The position numbers and the translations under genes were made by a program. From the NCBI RefSeq assembly GCF_013122565.1, contig NZ_CP053258.1: a DNA stretch of 64,000 nt; one strand, 5' to 3'. The first letter of the stretch is position 1, and each line of letters begins with the position of its first letter. Below, one piece after another: positions 43,135-54,617 of this stretch. Under the pieces are notes generated by a model. It was given only the letters and a program-made list of their open reading frames with translations. It was not told the origin of the DNA and did not search any database. The DNA is from Escherichia coli (lineage in GTDB: Bacteria > Pseudomonadota > Gammaproteobacteria > Enterobacterales > Enterobacteriaceae).

Positions 43135-43491
43135 TTATATGCCGAAATGTATCATGTGTTTATTTTCTCTGATAGCTTTTTGTATTACTTCTGATAAAGA
43201 AAGAAGTAAAGGATCGTGCTGGAATTTTGTATCCGATACAACAATATGAAGAAACTGATTTAATGAATCTGGTGGGATAATGGTGACTCCGTAGCGAGCA
43301 AGCGCATAACCTGGACGATTTAAACTATGATAGAAGGTTTTTATTGTCTGAAGTTGTTCCCACCATTCATCAATATAAATGTCATCATCAATATAAACGC
43401 AATTATATTTTTCAGGTTCATAGTGACCATAATCTTTATCAGTATCAATTTCATCAATAATACCAAATTCGGTTTTAATCATAATGACCAT
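43135..43491 (-). CDS. Small acidic hypothetical protein (118 aa)
   Basis: ORF with AT-rich composition downstream of the yqhG-like paralog on the same strand; no family recognised. Confidence 0.4.
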   Translation of the reverse strand: MVIMIKTEFGIIDEIDTDKDYGHYEPEKYNCVYIDDDIYIDEWWEQLQTIKTFYHSLNRPGYALARYGVTIIPPDSLNQFLHIVVSDTKFQHDPLLLSLSEVIQKAIRENKHMIHFGI

Positions 43492-43673
43492 GCTTTTTAA
43501 TTGTTATGCAGAAAAATGCCAGGAAAATGATTTAAATTGAATTTTCTGGGGTGATTTGTAATCTTGCTTGTCATATAGATGAGCCATCCAACGAGGTTGT
43601 GCAACATTTAATGAGGGAGACTGGACCAGAACAAGGCTGGGGATTAATATAGAAATGATTAACAATAGTGGCT

Positions 43674-44597
43674 TCATTTTGTCGTTGTTTCCATATTATT
43701 TTTAGCAGATTCCGCCTGTAATTTTTTGATTTCTTGTTCTCTGTGGCGTGCAAACTCTTTACGGGTCGTGACGCGTTCATACAAAGTAATATCGGTAATC
43801 CCCCCACTCCGCATGCCCAAATGACCTCGTATATCCATATCAAATGTTCCAGCTATCCGGACATAATCGCCATTTAGCTGACGAGCACGAGTTAAGGTCA
43901 CGACTGGGTTTGGGAAATCAATATCCAACCACACGCTATCACTTTGAACAAAATTTTCCCAGGATTCTTTATTTAAATATAAGGCGTTGCCTTCAAACTC
44001 AATATTGCCGACACCTTCGACAACCACCTTTTGCAAATGGTATTTTTCTGGCTGCGCAAGTAGTGCCGTCATTGATATCGAATGAGAAAAATGATCGCTT
44101 GAGGGTTCATTAATTACAGCTCTGCGTTTCATTCGCGTATCTTCACGTATTTCTGCCCGTAGACTGTTAGGCATTTCATTACCATCATCGATGTCTTCTA
44201 TTAGCCAGCGATGATTATCATTTTCACGAACCAGCATCAGCCCCAGTAACCGGTGGACATTGGTGCGATTTTGTTTGATAACCAACTGCAACAGTACATG
44301 CGTTCGGCCGCCATTTAGGTGTGTGCTTTGGATTATTTCTGCAGAAACGAAAGTATCATCAACACAGCGACACAAAAGATTATTATTCAGCCAGGGTGTC
44401 ATTTTGCCAGGAGTAGCGCTCATATTACTTCGCAAATCGAGACTGAATTCATCGGTTATTGGTATATCGCCATTACTGGTCAATGGTTGGTACAAACGTT
44501 CTATCGCTTCATTAATCGATTCTTTGCACAACACGTTTCCGCTGAAGCCACAGAACAGCAGAATAAAAAAACAGGTGTGCCAGCGTCGCATAATCAT
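43674..44597 (-). CDS. Secreted YqhG-like (DUF3828-like) protein, second paralog
   Basis: 307-aa ORF with signal peptide; shares motifs with the dkgA-proximal yqhG ORF (NHRWLIEDI vs NGRWVIDDI). Confidence 0.6.
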   Translation of the reverse strand: MIMRRWHTCFFILLFCGFSGNVLCKESINEAIERLYQPLTSNGDIPITDEFSLDLRSNMSATPGKMTPWLNNNLLCRCVDDTFVSAEIIQSTHLNGGRTHVLLQLVIKQNRTNVHRLLGLMLVRENDNHRWLIEDIDDGNEMPNSLRAEIREDTRMKRRAVINEPSSDHFSHSISMTALLAQPEKYHLQKVVVEGVGNIEFEGNALYLNKESWENFVQSDSVWLDIDFPNPVVTLTRARQLNGDYVRIAGTFDMDIRGHLGMRSGGITDITLYERVTTRKEFARHREQEIKKLQAESAKNNMETTTK

Positions 44598-44670
44598 GCC
44601 CTTATGTTTGGCTTTTTCTTAGCAAACAGCCTCTAACCCGGCAACTGACATGCTGCCGGGGATTTTTTTA

Positions 44671-44928
44671 TCATTCTGCGTACATACGCATGCAGCGCAG
44701 GCAATCAAAATAGTCCTGTGCATCAAGACGCGTATTGGCTCTGTTAGCTTCGGATTTGGCAGCATAGATTTGTGGGCGTAGTGCTTTCATATCCTGCTCA
44801 AGCCGGGCGATTTTGGCATTTAATGTTTGTACATTGCTCGCCAGTTGATTGACCTTTTGCTCATTGACGCAGCCACTGAGCAAGCAGGTTGCCAGAACAA
44901 CAGCTCCCACGGTGAAAATCGTTTTCAT
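44671..44928 (-). CDS. yqhH: Lpp-like small lipoprotein YqhH
   Basis: 85-aa ORF; lipobox LLSGC; coiled-coil; C-terminal Cys-rich tail. Confidence 0.85.
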   Translation of the reverse strand: MKTIFTVGAVVLATCLLSGCVNEQKVNQLASNVQTLNAKIARLEQDMKALRPQIYAAKSEANRANTRLDAQDYFDCLRCMRMYAE

Positions 44929-44978
44929 ATAGTGTTCCCTTTTATTTATTGTTCCGGCTAATTGTTATTTAATTCAGC

Positions 44979-45905
44979 TCATTGCTTTAATCTGGCGGCG
45001 GTTTTCGCCTCAATCTGCTTAAGTAGGCTGCCGCTGTTCGGGCGGATAAAATCAGCGATTTCCCACTTACCTTCGCGCCGCTGTAAAACCAGCTCTTGCT
45101 CTTCGTTGTTGCCATTGGTCAGCGTAAAACGAACATGAATGCGGGCGGAATCGGCGGTTTTCTCCAGGACTCGAATTTCATCAACGCGTGAAAATAGCGA
45201 CTCTTCGCCAAAACAGATCGGATTGTCGTAAATAAATTGCCGTTCTATTTGCATATCTTCATCGGGATTGTTGGCCGTCTTGAAGGTGGTTTTATAGAAG
45301 GCATTGACCGCCTGGCGGTAAGAGTCGGAAACCACCCACGTCCACGGCCAGCTATAATCAGCAATATGTTCAAAGAGTTCAGCAACAAAGGATTCTGGCT
45401 GTTCTTTTTGCAACGAAGCTAAAGCGGCCAGCGTTTTTTCATTCTCGCTATTAACGGCATGCCAGATACTGCCATGATTGCTGACAATATCATCAATGAC
45501 CCAACGACCATTTTCCGCCACCATTTTCAGTGTCTGTGTGGTCTTTTCTTTATCATCTTTAAAGATACGAAAGCGCACAACGGCATCGGCATGATCGACG
45601 TCAGTTTGGGTTATCGCTACGCTTTCTAACACCAGCTCGCCAAAATCCTGACAATCACAAACCGGATCATAATCCAGCCAGCCAATATTGCCCGGTAGTG
45701 TAAGATTGTCGTTCAGGGTAAGCGCCTGTTGAATACGCGCTGAAGTTATCGCCCGCTCTCCGGTTTCACCGAAATAAGGCGTACTGGCATCTGATTTATA
45801 GTTCTGATAAATCTGCCGGACTGTTTGTTCTACGGTCTGTGAAGGAGGCTGCGCGTGTACGGTAAAACTTGCCAGGGCTGCTAAAAACAGAAGTATTATT
45901 TTCAT
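44979..45905 (-). CDS. yqhG: Secreted DUF3828-family protein YqhG
   Basis: 308-aa ORF with signal peptide MKIILLFLAALASFTVHA; adjacent to dkgA. Confidence 0.75.
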   Translation of the reverse strand: MKIILLFLAALASFTVHAQPPSQTVEQTVRQIYQNYKSDASTPYFGETGERAITSARIQQALTLNDNLTLPGNIGWLDYDPVCDCQDFGELVLESVAITQTDVDHADAVVRFRIFKDDKEKTTQTLKMVAENGRWVIDDIVSNHGSIWHAVNSENEKTLAALASLQKEQPESFVAELFEHIADYSWPWTWVVSDSYRQAVNAFYKTTFKTANNPDEDMQIERQFIYDNPICFGEESLFSRVDEIRVLEKTADSARIHVRFTLTNGNNEEQELVLQRREGKWEIADFIRPNSGSLLKQIEAKTAARLKQ

Positions 45906-46104
45906 CTGTTTTTCACCTCTCCGTTGCGTTTATCCCGGGTGTAGATGAGTTGTTCCTTTAAGAGCTTCCGGCTCTGCATGATGATGTCCTTATATTTGGC
46001 ATTCCTGAACAAGGAAGAGTAACAATGGGCAGGACGCGAGGGGAATAAATGATTTCTGAAAAGTCCGGTAGCGGAACATTACCGCCACCGGGAAAATTTG
46101 CACG

Positions 46105-46932
46105 TTAGCCGCCAAACTGGTCAGGATCGGGACCGAGACGCTTGCCCTGATCGAGTTTTGCAATCTCGCCGAGTTCGTCTTTGTCGAGACGGAAATCCCA
46201 GACATCAAAGTTTTCGGCAATACGTGAAGGTGTGACCGATTTCGGGATCACCACCAGGCCGCTATCCAGATGCCAGCGGATAACAATCTGCGCCGGGGTT
46301 TTGCCGTATTTATCTGCCAGATCGCGAATGACTTTCTGATCGAAAACGCCTTTCCCTCCTTGCGCTAATGGGCTCCAGGATTCGGTCTGGATTTTGTGTG
46401 TCGCGTTCCAGGCATGTAGCTGGCGTTGTTGCATCAGCGGGTGAAGTTCGATCTGATTAATAACAGGCGTCACGCCAGTTTCATCAATCAGGCGTTGCAG
46501 GTGATGGATCTGGAAGTTGCACACGCCGATGCTTTTGATTAATCCCTCTTTTTGCAATTCGATCATGCCTTTCCATGCTTCGACATAATGGTCGATAGCG
46601 GGAACGGGCCAGTGCATTAAGTAGAGGTCGATATAATCAAGCTGGAGTTTTTTCAGGCTGTCGAGCAGGGCTTCGCGGGGGCGCTTGTGGTCGTCGTTCC
46701 ACAGCTTAGTGGTGATGAACAGTTCTTCTCTGTTGACTGAGGCATTTTTCAGGGCTTTGCCGACACCTTCTTCGTTCTTATAGGCCGCGGCGGTATCAAT
46801 CGAGCGATAACCCACTTCTAACGCTTTTTGAATGGCGGTGATTACTTCCTCATTACTTGCTTGCCAGACGCCCAGTCCCAGCTGGGGCATGACATTGCCA
46901 TCCTGTAGCTTAATAACGGTTGGATTAGCCAT
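46105..46932 (-). CDS. dkgA: 2,5-diketo-D-gluconate reductase A / methylglyoxal reductase (aldo-keto reductase)
   Basis: 275-aa ORF with aldo-keto reductase motifs. Confidence 0.9.
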   Translation of the reverse strand: MANPTVIKLQDGNVMPQLGLGVWQASNEEVITAIQKALEVGYRSIDTAAAYKNEEGVGKALKNASVNREELFITTKLWNDDHKRPREALLDSLKKLQLDYIDLYLMHWPVPAIDHYVEAWKGMIELQKEGLIKSIGVCNFQIHHLQRLIDETGVTPVINQIELHPLMQQRQLHAWNATHKIQTESWSPLAQGGKGVFDQKVIRDLADKYGKTPAQIVIRWHLDSGLVVIPKSVTPSRIAENFDVWDFRLDKDELGEIAKLDQGKRLGPDPDQFGG

Positions 46933-47036
46933 ACGTTCCTCCTTTATATGAACTCACCGGAGCAGGCTCCGGTGAGGTGTTGTGAACTTAAGTCTGGACG
47001 AAATGCCCGAAAACGAAAGTTTGAGGCGTAAAAAGC

Positions 47037-48200
47037 TTAGCGGGCGGCTTCGTATATACGGCGGCTGACATCCAGCGTAATGTCATGATTTTCGCCCAGT
47101 TGGGTCATGCCGTGCTCTTCCAGTTTTTTCAGCAAAGCCGGGATGGAGCTGCCGTCCAGACCGTAGTCGGAGAGGTGGGTCGGCACGCCTAATTGCTCAA
47201 AGAAATTGCGGGTTGCGGCAATCGCGGCGTCAATACGCTCATCGTCGGAACCTTCAGTGATGTTCCAGACGCGTTCAGCATATTGCAGCAGCTTAGCGCG
47301 CTTGGTATCGCGTTTTTCATTCCACAGTGCAGGCAGGATGATAGCCAGTGTTTGCGCGTGATCCAGACCGTGCATCGCAGTCAGTTCGTGGCCCAGCATA
47401 TGCGTTGCCCAGTCCTGCGGTACGCCAGCGCCGATCAAACCGTTCAGCGCCTGAGTCGCCGCCCACATGACGTTGGCGCGCACATCGTAGTTTTCTGGCT
47501 CTTTCAGGGCTTTCGGACCATCTTCGATCAGCGTCAACAAAATGCCTTCTGCGAAACGGTCCTGAATTTTGGCATCAACCGGTTTGGTAACATACTGTTC
47601 CACGGTGTGTACAAAGGCGTCCACTACGCCGTTAGCCACCTGACGCGGCGGCAGGGTGTAGGTATAAACCGGATCGAGCACGGCAAATACGGGCTGAACA
47701 TGGGCAGAATGGAACGCCTGCTTGTCGCCTGTGGTTTTACGGGAGATCACCGCACCGGCGTTGGATTCTGAACCGGTTGCTGGCAGCGTCAGCACACAGC
47801 CCATCGGGATGGCGCTTTTAATCTCTTTACCGCCCGTTTGCAGAATGTGCCACGGATCGATATTTTCCGGATAGTTAGCCGCTGCGGCGATAAATTTGGT
47901 GCCGTCCAGTACAGAACCGCCGCCAACCGCCAGCAGGAAAGTCACTTTTTGTTCGCGAACCAGTTTCACGGCGTTCATCAGCGTTTCATAAGCCGGGTTT
48001 GGCTCAATACCGCCAAATTCCAGCACGTCCATGCCTTTCAGGGCATCCAGAACTTGATCGAGAACGCCGGTTTTTTTCACGCTGCCGCCGCCGTAGGTAA
48101 TCAATACGCGAGCATCGTGAGGAATTTGTTCGCGTAAACCAGCGATTGCGCCTTTACCAAACAGAATGCGGGTTGGGGTGTGCAGATTAAAGTTGTTCAT
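47037..48200 (-). CDS. yqhD: NADPH-dependent aldehyde reductase (iron-containing alcohol dehydrogenase family)
   Basis: ORF 47037-48224; start placed at [17 protein letters not shown] (387 aa). Confidence 0.9.
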   Translation of the reverse strand: MNNFNLHTPTRILFGKGAIAGLREQIPHDARVLITYGGGSVKKTGVLDQVLDALKGMDVLEFGGIEPNPAYETLMNAVKLVREQKVTFLLAVGGGSVLDGTKFIAAAANYPENIDPWHILQTGGKEIKSAIPMGCVLTLPATGSESNAGAVISRKTTGDKQAFHSAHVQPVFAVLDPVYTYTLPPRQVANGVVDAFVHTVEQYVTKPVDAKIQDRFAEGILLTLIEDGPKALKEPENYDVRANVMWAATQALNGLIGAGVPQDWATHMLGHELTAMHGLDHAQTLAIILPALWNEKRDTKRAKLLQYAERVWNITEGSDDERIDAAIAATRNFFEQLGVPTHLSDYGLDGSSIPALLKKLEEHGMTQLGENHDITLDVSRRIYEAAR

Positions 48201-48336
48201 TACTTGCTCCCTTTGCTGGGTCAATATGAGGGCAGAGAACGATCTGCCTGATGTTTTTCATTGTGGTCGCCAGCGCCGTACCTCTCAATGCTTATTTCTG
48301 CCAATGTCTTGCCTATTTCTCCAGAGTGCTGGAGAA

Positions 48337-49293
48337 ATGCTACAAAATTGCGCACAATCAAATTGCCGCATTCTTCCTAAGAAATTACGCGATATGAAAC
48401 GTGAAGAGATTTGCCGCTTGCTGGCGGATAAAGTTAATAAACTGAAAAATAAAGAAAATAGTTTGTCAGAACTGTTGCCCGATGTGCGTTTGTTGTATGG
48501 CGAGACGCCTTTCGCACGCACACCGGTGATGTACGAGCCTGGCATCATAATTCTCTTTTCCGGACATAAAATCGGTTATATCAATGAACGCGTGTTTCGT
48601 TATGATGCCAATGAATACCTGCTGCTGACGGTGCCGTTGCCGTTTGAGTGCGAAACCTATGCCACGTCAGAGGTGCCGCTGGCAGGGTTGCGTCTCAATG
48701 TCGATATTTTGCAGTTACAGGAACTGTTGATGGACATTGGCGAAGATGAGCATTTCCAGCCGTCGATGGCAGCCAGCGGGATTAACTCCGCCACGTTATC
48801 AGAAGAGATTTTATGCGCGGCGGAGCGGTTACTCGACGTGATGGAGCGACCACTGGATGCGCGTATTCTCGGCAAACAGATCATCCGCGAAATTCTGTAC
48901 TACGTGCTGACCGGACCTTGCGGCGGCGCGTTACTGGCGCTGGTCAGTCGCCAGACTCACTTCAGTCTGATTAGCCGCGTGCTGAAACGGATTGAGAATA
49001 AATACACCGAAAACCTGAGCGTCGAGCAACTGGCGGCAGAAGCCAACATGAGCGTATCGGCGTTCCACCATAATTTTAAGTCTGTCACCAGCACCTCGCC
49101 GTTGCAGTATTTGAAGAATTACCGTCTGCATAAGGCGCGGATGATGATCATCCACGACGGCATGAAGGCCAGCGCAGCAGCGATGCGCGTCGGCTATGAA
49201 AGCGCATCGCAATTTAGCCGTGAGTTTAAACGTTATTTCGGTGTGACGCCGGGAGAAGATGCGGCAAGAATGCGGGCGATGCAGGGGAATTAA
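48337..49293 (+). CDS. yqhC: AraC-family transcriptional regulator YqhC
   Basis: ORF 48166-49293 truncated to an internal Met to give 318 aa; C-terminal AraC HTH; divergent from yqhD. Confidence 0.8.
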   Translation: MLQNCAQSNCRILPKKLRDMKREEICRLLADKVNKLKNKENSLSELLPDVRLLYGETPFARTPVMYEPGIIILFSGHKIGYINERVFRYDANEYLLLTVPLPFECETYATSEVPLAGLRLNVDILQLQELLMDIGEDEHFQPSMAASGINSATLSEEILCAAERLLDVMERPLDARILGKQIIREILYYVLTGPCGGALLALVSRQTHFSLISRVLKRIENKYTENLSVEQLAAEANMSVSAFHHNFKSVTSTSPLQYLKNYRLHKARMMIIHDGMKASAAAMRVGYESASQFSREFKRYFGVTPGEDAARMRAMQGN

Positions 49294-49332
49294 ATACGTT
49301 CCCGGTACAGCAACCGGGAACGGGGAAAATCG

Positions 49333-49992
49333 TCAGGCGTTACAGTATTTTTTTTTAATCACCACAAACAGCGTGCCTAACAAGCCAGCGGTTAACAAGG
49401 CAATTGGCAGGATCATCAGGAACGTCATTACCTGATCTTCATGGCGTTTAACGAACGGAATCATACTTAAGGCATAGCCGAAACTGGTTACCACGCTGAC
49501 CCACAGCAATCCGCTTAACCAGTTGAAAAACTGGAAACGGCGGTTTGGCAGACCGGAAATTCCCGCCATGGTTGGCAGCAGCGTACGGACAAATGCAAGA
49601 AAACGTCCAGCCAGCAGCGCCAGCAGACCGTGGCGGTCAAACATGCAGGTGGCGCGCTGGTGATATTTAGCAGGAAGCTGTGCCAGCCAGCCTTTCACCG
49701 TTTTGGTATTCCCTAACCAGCGCCCCTGAATATAACTTAGCCAGCAGCCCAGACTTGCTGCGGCGGTCAGAATCGCAATCGTAGGCAGAAAATCCATAAC
49801 CCCCTGGGCAATCAATGCGCCTGCCAGTATCAACAAGCTGTCGCCTGGCAAAAATGAGGCGGGCAGCAGGCCGTTTTCTAAAAACAGCGTGGCAAACATG
49901 ACAAAGTAAACAACGCTAACAATATGAGGATCCGCCAGCGCGGCAAAGTCGTGTTGCCAGAGCGCAGCGATGATATCTTGAATAACAGCCAT
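49333..49992 (-). CDS. yghB: DedA-family inner membrane protein
   Basis: 219-aa polytopic ORF. Confidence 0.85.
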
Positions 49993-50131
49993 GGACTTTC
50001 CTGTGGAACAGCGTTTAAGCCTTTATCTGCCTATTGTACTCCTGAATCGTCCGGGACGCCTTGATCCCGGACGCAACAATTTAAGACTTTTCACAATAAA
50101 ATGTCTGCAAAATTGTCCAAAAGTGGCAATG

Positions 50132-51319
50132 TTATACAATCCGCGCAAAACCGGCGTCCAGATCGGCAATCAGATCGTCGACATCTTCCAGACCAATATG
50201 CAGGCGAATCAAGGTCCCGCTAAAATCGATCTCGCCTTGTGGGCGAATGGCGGCGATATGTTCTGGTTGATTTGCCAGGATCAACGATTCATACCCGCCC
50301 CACGAGTAGGCCATGCTGAATAAACTGAAGTTATCCAGATAGTTCGCCAGCTCTTCATCATTGAGTTTTTTCTTAAGCACAAAGGAAAATAGCCCGCTGC
50401 TGCCTGTAAAGTCTCGTTTCCAGAATTCGTGTCCTTTACTGCCAGGCAGGGCAGGGTGGTTAACTCGCGCAACTTGCGGATGTTCTGCCAGCCATTCGGC
50501 CACTTTCAGACTGCTTTCATGATGTTGACGCAAACGCACACCTAATGTGCGCAGGCCACGGCTGGTTATATAGGCGGTATCGGCATCGACCATCTGGCCC
50601 ATCAGATAGGCATTTTCCCGTAGCTGCTCCCAGCAACGGGCATTGCACACGGCAGTGCCAATCATCGCATCTGAATGCCCAACCAGATATTTGGTGGCGG
50701 CCTGAATAGAAACATCGATGCCAAAATCCAGCGCCTTAAACAGCACACCGGCTGCCCAGGTGTTGTCGATCATAATGATGGCATCCGGCACCACACTGCG
50801 CACGGCGGCAACAATCGCCGGAACGTCGTGGACTTCCATAGTGATGGAACCCGGCGATTCCAGAAACACGATTTTAGTGTTTGGCTGCAGATGCTTAACG
50901 ATATCGGCACCAATCAGCGGATCAAACCACGATGTCGTTACGCCCAGTTTGCTGAGGATTTTGCTACAGAAATCCTGACTCGGTTCATAGGCGGTGTTGG
51001 TCATCAACACATGATCGCCCTGTTCGACAAAAGCAAGAATCGAATTAGCAACCGCTGCCGCCCCGCAGGGAAATAGCGCGCAGCCTGCGCCACCTTCCAG
51101 TTCACACATCGCTTGTTGTAAGGAAAAATGGGTTAACGTTCCGCGCCGTCCATAGAACAACTCGCCATTGGCGCGATTGCGCGTCGCGTGCTTTTTGGCT
51201 TCCATACTCTCAAATACCAGCGAAGAAGCGCGCTGAATCACGCTATTTACCGCGCCGAGAGTGTATTTTTTGCTGCGTCCTGCATTCACCAGTTGAGTAT
51301 CAAGCTTTTTGTCCGCCAT
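50132..51319 (-). CDS. metC: Cystathionine beta-lyase (PLP-dependent)
   Basis: ORF 50132-51454; start placed at [14 protein letters not shown] (395 aa); PLP lysine region. Confidence 0.9.
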   Translation of the reverse strand: MADKKLDTQLVNAGRSKKYTLGAVNSVIQRASSLVFESMEAKKHATRNRANGELFYGRRGTLTHFSLQQAMCELEGGAGCALFPCGAAAVANSILAFVEQGDHVLMTNTAYEPSQDFCSKILSKLGVTTSWFDPLIGADIVKHLQPNTKIVFLESPGSITMEVHDVPAIVAAVRSVVPDAIIMIDNTWAAGVLFKALDFGIDVSIQAATKYLVGHSDAMIGTAVCNARCWEQLRENAYLMGQMVDADTAYITSRGLRTLGVRLRQHHESSLKVAEWLAEHPQVARVNHPALPGSKGHEFWKRDFTGSSGLFSFVLKKKLNDEELANYLDNFSLFSMAYSWGGYESLILANQPEHIAAIRPQGEIDFSGTLIRLHIGLEDVDDLIADLDAGFARIV

Positions 51320-51337
51320 GTCGGGATTCCTGTTTTT

Positions 51338-51356
51338 ATACGTCTGGATGTCTAAA
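51338..51356 (-). promoter_or_regulatory. Putative tandem MetJ boxes (AGACATCC AGACGTAT on the minus strand) in the metC leader
   Basis: Two 8-bp repeats resembling the AGACGTCT met-box consensus just upstream of the metC ribosome-binding site. Confidence 0.4.
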
Positions 51357-51482
51357 CTAGCATGAATATTCGCGGGCGCATCCTGAAGAATTGGCATAAA
51401 GCAGAAAATTTTCGCAAATGGCGTGCTGGTGACTTTTTTACTGCGTAAACGCAAGGAAAAGAAAGCAAAGGTACGGCAGTAT

Positions 51483-51510
51483 GCAAATAGTAATGAGAAC
51501 GACTATCAAT
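51483..51510 (+). promoter_or_regulatory. Putative Fur box upstream of exbB
   Basis: AATAGTAATGAGAACGAC hexamer-repeat pattern resembling GATAAT-type Fur sites; exbBD is a classic Fur target. Confidence 0.3.
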
Positions 51511-51570
51511 TCGACGTCGTTTTGATATTATTATGCGCAGATTTTGTGACTTGCGTCCTGGAGATACACA

Positions 51571-52305
51571 GTGGGTAATAATTTAATGCAGACGGACCTT
51601 TCCGTCTGGGGTATGTATCAGCACGCCGATATTGTCGTTAAGTGCGTGATGATTGGGCTTATTTTGGCCTCCGTAGTCACCTGGGCAATCTTCTTCAGTA
51701 AGAGCGTAGAGTTCTTCAATCAGAAGCGTCGCCTTAAGCGCGAGCAGCAACTGCTGGCTGAAGCGCGTTCCTTAAACCAGGCCAACGATATCGCCGCTGA
51801 TTTTGGTAGCAAAAGCTTAAGCCTGCATTTGCTCAATGAAGCGCAGAATGAGCTGGAACTGTCAGAAGGCAGCGACGATAACGAAGGTATTAAAGAACGT
51901 ACCAGCTTCCGTCTGGAGCGTCGGGTCGCCGCAGTAGGTCGTCAAATGGGCCGCGGTAACGGCTATCTGGCAACCATCGGCGCGATTTCGCCGTTCGTTG
52001 GTCTGTTTGGTACGGTCTGGGGCATCATGAACAGCTTTATTGGTATCGCGCAAACGCAGACTACTAACCTGGCAGTCGTTGCGCCGGGTATCGCAGAAGC
52101 TCTGTTAGCAACGGCAATCGGCCTCGTGGCAGCGATTCCTGCGGTCGTTATCTATAACGTATTTGCACGCCAGATTGGCGGCTTTAAAGCGATGCTGGGT
52201 GATGTTGCAGCGCAGGTATTGTTGCTGCAAAGCCGTGACCTGGATCTGGAAGCCAGCGCCGCTGCGCATCCGGTTCGTGTCGCACAAAAATTACGCGCAG
52301 GATAA
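51571..52305 (+). CDS. exbB: TonB-system energiser ExbB
   Basis: 244-aa ORF with three transmembrane segments. Confidence 0.95.
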   Translation: MGNNLMQTDLSVWGMYQHADIVVKCVMIGLILASVVTWAIFFSKSVEFFNQKRRLKREQQLLAEARSLNQANDIAADFGSKSLSLHLLNEAQNELELSEGSDDNEGIKERTSFRLERRVAAVGRQMGRGNGYLATIGAISPFVGLFGTVWGIMNSFIGIAQTQTTNLAVVAPGIAEALLATAIGLVAAIPAVVIYNVFARQIGGFKAMLGDVAAQVLLLQSRDLDLEASAAAHPVRVAQKLRAG

Positions 52306-52311
52306 TGCCCG

Positions 52312-52737
52312 ATGGCAATGCATCTTAACGAAAACCTCGATGATAACGGCGAAATGCATGATATCAACGTGACGCCGTTTATCGACGTGATGTTGGTTCT
52401 GCTGATTATCTTTATGGTGGCGGCACCGTTAGCGACGGTAGATGTGAAGGTGAACTTGCCTGCTTCTACCAGCACGCCGCAGCCGCGCCCGGAAAAACCG
52501 GTTTATCTGTCGGTGAAGGCAGACAACTCGATGTTTATCGGTAACGATCCGGTCACCGATGAAACAATGATTACGGCGTTGAATGCGTTAACCGAAGGCA
52601 AGAAAGACACCACCATCTTCTTCCGAGCGGATAAAACCGTCGATTACGAGACGTTGATGAAGGTAATGGATACGCTGCATCAGGCGGGTTACCTGAAGAT
52701 AGGTCTGGTCGGCGAAGAAACCGCCAAAGCGAAGTAA
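52312..52737 (+). CDS. exbD: TonB-system energiser ExbD
   Basis: 141-aa ORF immediately after exbB. Confidence 0.95.
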   Translation: MAMHLNENLDDNGEMHDINVTPFIDVMLVLLIIFMVAAPLATVDVKVNLPASTSTPQPRPEKPVYLSVKADNSMFIGNDPVTDETMITALNALTEGKKDTTIFFRADKTVDYETLMKVMDTLHQAGYLKIGLVGEETAKAK

Positions 52738-52743
52738 AGTAGA

Positions 52744-52962
52744 ATTGCCTGATGCGCTACGCTCATCAGGCCTACAAAATCTATTGCAACATGTTGAATC
52801 TTCGTGCGTTTGTAGGCCGGATAAGGCGTTCACGCCGCATCCGGCATTAGGGGCTCAATGCCTGATGCGCTACGCTCATCAGGCCTACAAAATCTATTGC
52901 AACATGTTGAATCTTCATGCGTTTGTAGGCGGATAAGGCGTTTTCGCCACATCAGGTAAGAG
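52744..52962. repeat. REP/BIME cluster: two tandem ~113-bp units, each with paired REP palindromes
   Basis: Repeated gcctgatgcgctacgctcatcaggcctaca and gtaggccggataaggcgtt...gccgcatccggca motifs. Confidence 0.85.
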
Positions 52963-53008
52963 TGAATTCACAATGATGCCCGGTTGCTTTTCACAACCGG
53001 GCATTTTT

Positions 53009-53893
53009 TTAACCTAAATGCTCGCCGCCGCACACGCCGTGCACTTCTGCGGTGACGTAGCTCGACTCCTGACTTGCCAGATAAACATATACAGGGGCCA
53101 GTTCCGCCGGTTGCCCCGCACGCTTCATCGGCGTTTGCTGACCAAACTGCGGGATCTTATCCTGCGTTTGTCCGCCGGAAATTTGCAGTGCTGTCCAGAT
53201 TGGGCCTGGCGCGACAATATTCACCCGAATACCTTTCTCTGCGACCTGTTTTGCCAGGCCACGGCTGTAGTTCAGAATTGCCGCCTTCGTAGCCGCATAG
53301 TCCAGTAAATGCGGGCTTGGCTGGTATGCCTGGATTGACGAAGTGGTGATGATACTTGCACCTTTCGGTAGCAGGGGGATCGCTTCCTGGGTTAGCCAGA
53401 ACAGCGCGAAAACGTTAATGGCAAAGGTCTTTTGAAACTGTTCGCTGGTGAGGTCTGCAATATCAGGAATGGCAACCTGTTTCCCGGCGACCAGCGCCAT
53501 AATATCCAGCCCGCCTAAGGCCTTATGCGCTTCGTGAACCAGCGAACGGGCAAATTTCTCATCGCTTAAATCGCCTGGCAGCAGAACGGCTTTGCGTCCG
53601 CATTCTTCAATGATCTTTTTCACATCCTGAGCGTCTTCTTCTTCCACGGGAAGATAACTGATCGCCACGTCAGCCCCTTCACGCGCGTAAGCGATGGCGG
53701 CAGCGCGACCGATTCCGGAATCGCCCCCTGTCACCAGGGCTTTACGATCTTTCAGGCGACCGCTACCAACATAGGTTTTCTCGCCGCAATCCGGTACCGG
53801 TGTCATCTTCGCCTGGATGCCTGGCGTCGGTTGTTTCTGTTTGGGATATTCACCAGTGTAATACTGCGTGGTCGGGTCTTTTAAATGAGACAT
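53009..53893 (-). CDS. yghA: Short-chain dehydrogenase/reductase YghA
   Basis: 294-aa ORF; Rossmann motif [10 protein letters not shown]. Confidence 0.9.
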
Positions 53894-54014
53894 CGTTTTT
53901 CTCCCTTCAGGTTCAACGTCCTTTAAGGGTAGACGCTCTCGATGCGTTGATAAGGGAACCAGGAAAATCCCTAAACCTCAGAATTATGCGACAAAGGTTT
54001 AATGGATATGTTGA

Positions 54015-54578
<564 letters not shown>

Positions 54579-54617
54579 TCTGATTCGGGCGCGGTTCTCG
54601 CGCCCGTTATTAACAGG

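Noticed and set aside
43571-43843. 90-aa minus-strand ORF overlapping the 3' end of the yqhG-like paralog
   Set aside because: Different frame on the same strand as a better-supported gene, no ribosome-binding site, low-complexity translation.
50132-51454. N-terminal extensions in the ORF track for metC (440 aa), yqhC (375 aa), ygiS (559 aa), tolC (506 aa), zupT (271 aa) and hybD/E/F
   Set aside because: The extensions lack ribosome-binding sites and overlap upstream genes or promoters. Internal Met codons with ribosome-binding sites give the lengths expected for these families.
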